Source of the DNA: Octopus bimaculoides
Taxonomy: Eukaryota
Assembly: GCF_001194135.2 (NCBI RefSeq)
Contig: NC_068997.1
Location: 342,897 to 396,077, forward strand
Reading direction: 5' to 3'
Length of the DNA: 53,181 bases
Positions 46,301 to 53,181 of this stretch are shown here, piece after piece. The first letter of the stretch is position 1; each line of letters opens with the position of its first letter. A program made the position numbers and the translations under genes. The notes under the pieces were generated by a model. That model worked only from the letters and a program-made list of their open reading frames with translations, ran no database searches and was not told the origin of the DNA.

Positions 46301-47987
46301 ACCAATATATATTTGTCATTTGTTATGTTCCCAAGGCCATCATAATATCCCAATATAAATTTATCTTTTATCTTCCAAACACCATTTTAATACACAAAAA
46401 AAAAATCACCTCATTTAAGTGGAGGGTGAATTTGAGAGGGAGGGAGGTGGCTTCTCTACTATACTCCAACTCAGTTGAATGAGGGGATTCTTTAGTCTTG
46501 CATGTTACGAAGCAACCTCACCAACTGCTGGTGCCATGAAAAAAAATGTACCCAGTACACTTTGCAACTTGGTTAGTATTGGGAAGGGCATCCAGTTGAA
46601 GAGATTATGTGGATGTTGGAGCATGACGCAGTTCTCCAACTCATCAAATCCTGTCAAATTGCCCAACCCGTGACAGCATGGAAAGCAGACAATAAATGAT
46701 GATGATGGTGGTGGTGGTGGTGGTGGTGGTGGTGATAATGATGATGATGATGATGATGACAATGATGATGATGATGATGTCCATGTATTAGTATAGATTT
46801 ATTAAAGCCTTCAAAAATCTGCAGTACACATGTTAGATACTCCTTGAGGTACAGAGATTGACAACAACCCCTATTTGAAACAGGCTTAATGTTGATCACT
46901 TACCTACACTCTTGCCTCCACAATCATTGAGAATTCGTTGAGCCCTGTCTTTAGCATCAGACGGAAAATTAGGTTCAGTCATCAAATCAGGAAAAACACA
47001 AAGGGTCACAACCTGGGTGGAGAAAGGAACAAAGAAGAAAAAAAGAACTTTTGAAAACAAAACAGAGCTAGAGGTGGTTTCAGCTGGGTTGGTATCAAAA
47101 GGGTTACGATACACATTAACATGAAGGTTTTGGTGGAAGGTTTTCATTTAGATCATTTTAATCCTTTAGTTACCATATTTCTGTCAACATATGCTGCCTC
47201 CGTTTCAAATAATTTTAAAAATAAATGAGGTATTTAATAAAATAAATTTCTCATTATTAAGCTGAGGTCTGGAACAAAATAACATAAAATTTTGATGGAA
47301 GATTATAATTTAGACCACTTTGAAACAGTAAGTTTATGTCATAGAACTCAGGGCAGCCTCAGGTGAGTTGGTATCAAAAGGAAGGACCAGCAGGGGCCTC
47401 AGTTTGGTTGTTATTGAAAGAGTTAAACACACACACACACACACACACACTGTTATATTCACTTTTACTTTTGAGGTGAAATTTTAACTCCTTCCAATCC
47501 GAATAATGTATCATCATCATCATCATCGTTTAATGCCCACTTTCCATGCTAGCATGGGTTGGACGATTTGACTGAGGACTGGTGCAACCGGATGGCTACA
47601 CCAGGCTCCAATCTAATTTGGCAGAGTTTCTACAGCTGGATGCCCTTCCTAACGCCAACCACTCAGAGAGTGTAGTGGGTGCTTTTACGTGTCACCCGCA
47701 CGAAAACGGCCACGCTCGAAATGGTGTCTTTTAAGTGCCACCCGCACAAGAGCCAGTCCAGGGGCACTGGCAACGATCTCGCTCGAAAACGTATAATCCT
47801 TGTAAAACAAAAAACAATCTAACAAACAAAAAAAGAGAAGCAATCTGGTATCATAAGATCCAATCTTTATTGGTTAAATATTTAACAAATTACTTACTTG
47901 TCGTAGAAATTTAATTGGGCTTTGCCCTGTCGCATGGCAGTCACCAATATTGGCTCGGATTACTTCTGTGAATGGTTTTGGTACTCC
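31582..47987 (-). CDS. GPT: Alanine aminotransferase (ALT/GPT, PLP-dependent class I aminotransferase), 5'-incomplete; 10 exons visible (~397 aa)
   Basis: Exon translations match ALT motifs: [42 protein letters not shown] (PLP lysine), [26 protein letters not shown]. Splice sites are canonical. Confidence 0.97.
32080..32410 (+). mobile_element. SINE/LINE-tail family 3 ending in (GAT)n; other copies ~22250-22470 +, 32960-33070 -, 38800-38990 -, 41250-41385 +, 46500-46780 +, 47510-47790 -
   Basis: Shared ggaagggcatccagc.gtagaaac...ccaac.catgccagcatggaaa.cagacgttaaa(tga)n 3' end. Confidence 0.75.
33638..33793 (-). CDS. GPT: ALT exon: [52 protein letters not shown]
   Basis: tttacag|GAG ... AAG|gtaagt; 156 nt. 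Confidence 0.96.
34213..34278 (-). CDS. GPT: ALT exon: [22 protein letters not shown]
   Basis: cttaaag|GCC ... CAG|gtaatt; 66 nt; not in the ORF track. Confidence 0.93.
36480..37590 (+). mobile_element. Cluster of four SINE family 1 copies in an ALT intron, antisense to ALT (further copies 14525-14712, 22628-22810, 39462-39662, 40418-40630, 49288-49520)
   Basis: Repeated gttcaaattc..gaggtcaactttgcc.ttcatcctttt.ggggtcgat.aaataagtaccag motifs. Confidence 0.75.
39216..39324 (-). CDS. GPT: ALT exon: [36 protein letters not shown]
   Basis: atctag|A ... CAG|gtgag; 109 nt, phase 2 to phase 0. Confidence 0.95.
40730..40863 (-). CDS. GPT: ALT exon with PLP-binding lysine: [44 protein letters not shown](E)
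   Basis: ttaacag|GTC ... GA|gtaagt; 134 nt. Confidence 0.96.
42545..42624 (-). CDS. GPT: ALT exon: (G)[26 protein letters not shown]
   Basis: atttcag|GT ... GAA|gtaagt; 80 nt. Confidence 0.95.
42790..42919 (-). CDS. GPT: ALT exon: [43 protein letters not shown](G)
   Basis: ctccaag|ATC ... ACAG|gtgag; 130 nt. Confidence 0.95.
43200..43235 (-). ncRNA. Decayed minimal hammerhead motif in an ALT intron (ALT sense strand)
   Basis: TCTT-CTGATGA-a-AGAC tagt GTCC-AAA-ATGT-C-AAGA: helix I intact, three transitions away from the canonical form. Confidence 0.45.
43491..43607 (-). CDS. GPT: ALT exon: [39 protein letters not shown]
   Basis: ctggcag|ACC ... ACA|gtaagt; 117 nt. Confidence 0.95.
43713..44322 (+). 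repeat. ~300-bp near-identical duplication (43713-44012 / 44025-44322) across a 10-N gap; likely assembly overlap
   Basis: The copies differ essentially only in CA-repeat length. Confidence 0.9.
45040..45207 (+). repeat. Degenerate ~20-bp minisatellite (cattgatttgagtttccctc-like) running into the gap
   Basis: About 8 imperfect units. Confidence 0.7.
45208..45307. other. 100-N assembly gap (other gaps: 2401-2847, 4068-4870, 7339-7373, 7627-7991, 13986-14208, 29619-30061, 30525-30534, 44013-44022)
   Basis: Runs of N, most abutting microsatellites. Confidence 0.98.
46904..47012 (-). CDS. GPT: ALT exon: [36 protein letters not shown](G)
   Basis: acccag|GTT ... GTAG|gtaagt; 109 nt, ends in phase 1. 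Confidence 0.95.
47157..47430. mobile_element. piggyBac-like (TTAA) MITE; other copies ~25317-25535, ~32655-32810 (inverted) and ~47060-47150
   Basis: Ends ttaatcctttagttacc ... gaaagagttaa, with a shared internal aattaacataaaatttt..gaaggttttaatttagatcactt motif. Confidence 0.6.
47898..47987 (-). CDS. GPT: ALT exon: [30 protein letters not shown]
   Basis: ctttacag|GGA ... CAA|gtaagt; 90 nt; not in the ORF track. Confidence 0.95.
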
Positions 47988-48089
47988 CTGTAAAGTAGGA
48001 TAAATTGAAAATTATCTTTAATAAAATGGCAAAAATCTTGTGAAAAATTTGGAATAAGAATATGTAACAGGGTTGATTAGAATAAAATC

Positions 48090-48460
48090 TGTGTGCTTTG
48101 GGAAGAAATAGGGAGGAGTAGAGTGTAACGGAGGGGATTAAAGATTAACCAAGTGGATTACAGAGTAGGAGGATACACTAGAGAATAAGAAGATGGATTA
48201 GAGAGTAACCAGGAAGATTAGAGAGTAAAAGGATACCCTGGAAAGTAATAGGGTGATTTGGAAAGAAATAGGGTGGAGTGAAAAGTAATTGAGAGGATTA
48301 GAGAGTCAGAGGATACACTGGAGAGCAACAGGGTGGTTTGGAAAGTAATTGAGGAGATTTAGGGAGTCAGAGGATACACTAGAGAATAAGAGGGTGGATT
48401 AAAGAGTAACTGGGAAAATTGGAGAGTAAGAGACTGCACTGGAGAGTAAGTAAATTGGTG
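48090..48460 (+). repeat. Purine-rich degenerate minisatellite (gaggatacactggagag / ggattagagagtaa units)
   Basis: Recurring 15-20 nt GA-rich units. Confidence 0.65.
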
Positions 48461-49545
48461 GATAAGGATGGATGGAAGCAGGAGTTGAATACATCAGGTG
48501 AGGAGGTGAAGGGTAGGAAAGTAGGTCCTTGATAAGGGTGGGAGGCTACAGGATATGGATGGAGTTTGTGATGTAGAAAGGTTTGAGTATGCATTTGTGT
48601 AGGGAACTATAGAAAGAGTGAGGAGGAGAGGGAGAAAGAGTTAGAGAGTGGGATACAGGGAGAAAGAAAGAGAAGTATTTGTATGTGTGAAAGATAGAGA
48701 CATGTAAGAATAAAAGAGAAAGAGAATAAAAGAGAAAGAGAAGTGGAGAAAGAGGTTGTTTACAGTAGGGAAATAAGACAAGGAGATACTAGTGGGTGTG
48801 GAAGTTTGAAGACATACATACAGCCAGGCAGGTAGGGTTAGGGTTAGAGTTTATTCTCTGTTCTGGCAGTGTATGAGATTAGCATGTTTAGTGGTGAAGG
48901 TGTAATTTCGTCATCACTATCACCATCACTAACTCACTTTCCATCTCCTAAAGATTAAAATATCACCACCAGCATTAAAATACCTCTCATATATTATTGG
49001 AACAGCAAGAAAGTGGTAAACTGACCCAAAAACCTCCAGAAATAGACTAAAATCTACCAAAATACAGCAAAACCACAGAATGCCTTGGATAATTTCCAAG
49101 ACACACTTTGTTCTTGCAACACATTAATTGTCCTTCTGAACCATTGTACATCACACATCAGCCTCCACCATATAACCAGTAGTAAAAGTAGTAATTGTAG
49201 TAGTAATAGTAGTAGTATTAGTAGTAGTAGTAGTAGTACTAGTAGGTGGTAGAGATGTCAATAACTTTTAGTGGGGATGATTATTATCATTATTACATTA
49301 CTATTATTAAGGTAGCGAGCTGGCAGAGACATTAGCACACCAAACAAAATGCTTAGTGGCATTACATCTGTCTTCACATTCTAAGCTCAAATTTTTTCAA
49401 GGTCAACTGCCTCTTTTCCTCTTGAGGGTGATAAAATAAGTACCAGTTAAATACTGGGGTCAATGTAATTGACTTAAACCCTCTCCCAAAATTGCTGGTC
49501 ATATGCCAAAATTTGAAACTGTTATTATTATTATTATTATTATTT

Positions 49546-50280
49546 TATGTTTGACTTCTGCTTTGTATTTGTACAAGTTGGCTCCAAGTCTCACCCAGAG
49601 ACCTCAAGAGACAACAAGTTAGAAGTTCATGTTTGTGTTATGCCTAGGGTGCCATACATTTGGTCTTGCACAAAGTATTGTTCTAAGGAATGCTTAAGAA
49701 AATATAAGAAAATTATGAGTTTGTTTTAAAATTTGAGATTACTTAGACAGTATTTTACGTAAGATATGAGCAGTTCCAATGAGCACTATCTTTTGAACTT
49801 CAGCCATTTTGGGGTTTCCTAGTATCTGAGCTAGGTAGCAATCAACTCTTTTTGCTATCATTCCTAGGGCATCTATGACAACAGGTATTATTTTAGTCTT
49901 GAGGTTCCACATTTTGCCAATTTCTATTTCAAGATCTTTATACTTGCTCAGTTTTTGGTAGGTCTTGACAGATACATTTATATCGATTGAGGTAGTCATA
50001 TCAATAAGGAGGCATGATTTTTGTCTGAAGTCTTTCAGTATGATGTCTGGCCTATTCGTATCTATTTTTCTGTCAGTTTGAATGGTGAAGTTCCAGAGGA
50101 GTGCGATGTGATCATTTTCAAGCACTGGAGTTAGTTTGTGTTCCCACCAGTTTTTATCATGGGGCAAGTCCAGGTTTTTTCAAATTACCCAGTGAATATA
50201 TTGTGCTGCTCTATATATTGTGCCTGTTAAGATACTCTGTAGGCACAAGAAGACTGCACATGGAGACAACATGATCAATG
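49546..50280 (-). mobile_element. 5'-truncated RLE-type (R4/Dong-like) LINE 3' end; a shorter related fragment lies at ~50400-50585
   Basis: ORF 49739-50167: LLWNFTIQTDRKIDTNRPDIILKD..CLLIDM..KLSKYKDLEIEI..IIPVVIDALG..IGTAHILRK (PD-(D/E)xK RLE); tail joins (ATT)n at ~49525. Confidence 0.9.
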
Positions 50281-50604
50281 GTATTAATAATAATAATGGT
50301 TTCAAATTTTGCCACAAGGGCAACCATTTTTGGGGAGGGGATAAATTGATAGGGTTTTTCTAAGGATGTGGGCAGTACTTGTTAGCACAATTGTTTAAAT
50401 TTCTCTGAGACATGGTTTCTCCTGGGATATTATCAAGATGTTTTTGACATCCCTTTCTTATCATACCTAGGGCAACCATAATAACAGGAACAGTTCTTGC
50501 TTTAAGATGCTACATCTTTTGTATTTCAATTTCCAGGTCCTTATATTTACTTAATTTATCAAATTCCAAATTTTTCAGCAACAACCACTGCTCCTCGGCT
50601 CAAA

Positions 50605-52022
50605 AAAAATGAAATTCACCCATTCTGTTGCCAGTTGCAGTAAACATTTGCTAAGAGATTGCTGAACAAGTCTGGCATATAAGCATAAAGCTCATAGGAC
50701 AGACCATCCAAACCAGGCAATTTACCCTTCGTGCAGCTAGCCACTGCTACCTACATTTCGAAGGCTATTATTGGCCTTTCATAGCGCTCCATCTCCATCA
50801 CTGAGAGACGCGGTAATCCATCAAGGTGGGACATGAAATCCATCCTGTGACCTGGCTCACTGCTGTTCCTGCACAGTTGAGCAAAGCACCACTGAAAGGC
50901 TGCACACATCTGTCTCGGATCGGTTATTATTTGCCCTTTGTGATCCAGCAAGGATTAGATCATGGATTTATTGCCACACCGTGACTCTGCCACTCAGGCT
51001 CATTGAACAACTTTCGTCCCTTTGTGTCTAAGTGCTTGTGCTTTAGCTCTGATAATGCAACCTTCATGTTTCACATTGAAAAATTACTTGAGTGCCAACC
51101 TCACTGCAAGCACATCGTATGTGAATCCTTTTCTAAAAGCCTCATCTTTTTGACTATCCCTGCCTCTACTCTGTTTCTTTCTACTGCTAGTCCTTTGAAA
51201 AGCCTTATCGATTCTATTCTAATCGCCCTTTTCAGAGCAAACCACCATTTCTTCTTGCTTATTGCTCCCGTCAATGCCCTCTTGATTAGTTCACTAATCT
51301 GGTCACTGAAATCTTTAGGTGCCAGCAATGATGTGTTCAGCTTCCAGTAACCAGGTCCCTGTCTATGAAGCCTATCTAAGTTGACTGTACAGATCACAAA
51401 TTTGTGGTCTGTGTAGTTGACCACTTTAAACTGTGGACAACCTATGCTATCCTTATCTGCTGCTCTATAGAATACTCTATCTAGATATGATCTGCATGAA
51501 CCAATGCAGTTTGACCAGGTCTACACTGGCACATCTGGGAAATCCAGTCGATACCTGTCAGACAGTTGGAATCGTCTGAGCACCCTCCTCTCCTATCTGC
51601 TAAACCTACACAGTCCCATCTTACATCTAAAATTCCATTCCAATCCCCCACTAACACTAAACAGCAAGAATTCCCAGGAAGGTTTCCAGTTGTCGGAAGA
51701 AATCTGGTCATCTGCCCCCTGTCAGGGCATACTTATGTCCAAGACCACCAACTTATCTTCTGGATCCAGGAAGATCGTTCTTATTGCAAGATCCAGAGTT
51801 TTCCAAACCATCATGGCAACTCTGCCTCCCACTCCTGGATGACTTGGAAATGCATACACCTCATGAGTCAGAAGTCCTGTGAGTCAGAAATTCTGGTTTC
51901 ACTAATGGCCATCATGTCAACATTCAGTGCCTTGAGGTCACTGAGCAGGTAACCCTGCTTCCAAGATGACCCCAGGTCATGTACCTTCCCGCTGCCTATT
52001 CTGTACATGAATCTGCTGAAAG

Positions 52023-52057
<35 letters not shown>

Positions 52058-52560
52058 TTGAAGTAAGGAGGAGAGGTGCCCGCCTCTCTTTTTCTTTCAG
52101 TCTAGGGCAGAAAGGCTTTTAGATGATTAGTTGAAAAGCAAATGTGGCAATTTGCTTTCCTTCCATGTACCCTGACTGGAATTATGCTGCATCCAGGAAG
52201 AAGAATCTGGTCTATGTTCTTTTGTGTCATTTGAATGAGGAGTTTGATGGTCATCCTAGACCAGTTCTACTTTTTGGTCTGATAGGCTTTGAGGATTTTC
52301 GAGTTTACCTCTAAGTCTATCGTCACTGCAGCAATTAACCAAGGAGTGGCTATTCCTGGAAACACCTGCTGAATGATAATTTTGACTAGTCTCTGGCTGC
52401 AGTAGAAAGGAACCAACAACAGCTCCTCGCTTTTGGGGGGATTCAAAGCGTGGAATATAGCTTCTTCTTCAGTGCGGAATCTAACGTATTTTGAGTAATG
52501 CATTATGAGTTTCAAACAAGAAATTGGAGACCTCAAGTGGATGACATGATCCATGAGTGC
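50605..52560 (-). mobile_element. Degenerate Tx1/L1-clade LINE: ORF1 (CCHC knuckle), APE endonuclease and start of RT
   Basis: ORF1 RKANCHICFSTNHLKAF; EN motifs LVGDWNGILD, TDHKFV and GPGYWKLNTSLL; RT-proximal GKLPGLDGLSYE; many stops and frameshifts. Confidence 0.88.
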
Positions 52561-52789
52561 ACACACACACACACACAAAGAGAGAAAGAGTGCTTCATGG
52601 TAATGTTACGTCAGATGTCGATGAACACAGAAATTAGTGCATTCAAACACTGACCTAAATAAATAAAATAGTAATACTATTTATTTCCTTTTGCCTGACG
52701 TTGCTAAGTAGAGAAATTAAAAGTGGGGAGGCAGTTTACTCAAATACAGGCCACATAAGTATAGAGATATGTTCACAGATACATATATG

Positions 52790-52802
52790 CATAAATGTGT
52801 AT

Positions 52803-52837
<35 letters not shown>

Positions 52838-52986
52838 CACACACATGTATATACATACATATATATACACTTACATACACACGCACACACACACACATAG
52901 ACATACATACGTGTCTGTGTATATATATATATATATGTATATATGTGTGTGTGTATCTGTACATACATATGTATGTGTGTGTGTAA

Positions 52987-53031
<45 letters not shown>

Positions 53032-53144
53032 CATATATGTATTTATGGATATATGCATACACATATATGCATATATATAAATATATTCATACATATGCAT
53101 ATATATATATATGTATATATATGCATGTATATAAATATATATGT

Positions 53145-53181
<37 letters not shown>
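52790..53181. repeat. (CA)n/(TA)n low-complexity tract
   Basis: Direct inspection. Confidence 0.95.

Noticed and set aside
48000-53181. First ALT coding exon (expected EYAVRGP motif)
   Set aside because: Not found on inspection; the ORFs here are LINE-derived or low-complexity. The exon presumably lies beyond the window.
1-53181. CRISPR arrays, operons or other prokaryotic systems
   Set aside because: The DNA is eukaryotic with spliceosomal introns, and no regularly spaced repeat-spacer structure was seen.

Overview
This is AT-rich, gapped eukaryotic genomic DNA full of microsatellites and retroposons. The repeat content suggests an octopus or other coleoid cephalopod (inference). Two convergent spliced genes can be reconstructed. 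(1) A + strand 5-exon gene (965-10077) encodes a ~275-aa uncharacterised protein with a Lys-rich N-terminus, an EF-hand-like pair, a Cys/His cluster and a conserved-looking C-terminal domain. (2) A - strand alanine aminotransferase (GPT/ALT) has 10 visible exons (47987->31582). One internal exon is missing, probably in an assembly gap, and the first exon(s) lie beyond the right edge. The rest is a mosaic of tRNA-derived SINEs, RLE-type (R4/Dong-like) and Tx1/L1-like LINE fragments, mariner, hAT and piggyBac-like elements, and simple repeats. The most notable hidden signal is seven minimal type I hammerhead-ribozyme-like motifs at five loci (13.0-13.2 kb tandem pair, 17.86 kb, 19.65 kb, 20.1-20.2 kb inverted pair, 43.2 kb). 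Where helix III is preserved it carries a palindrome (AUAU, ACUAGU or ACGU), as in Penelope-like element or retrozyme hammerheads. No rRNA, true tRNA gene or CRISPR array was seen. Exon coordinates were derived by hand from splice sites; repeat boundaries are approximate.
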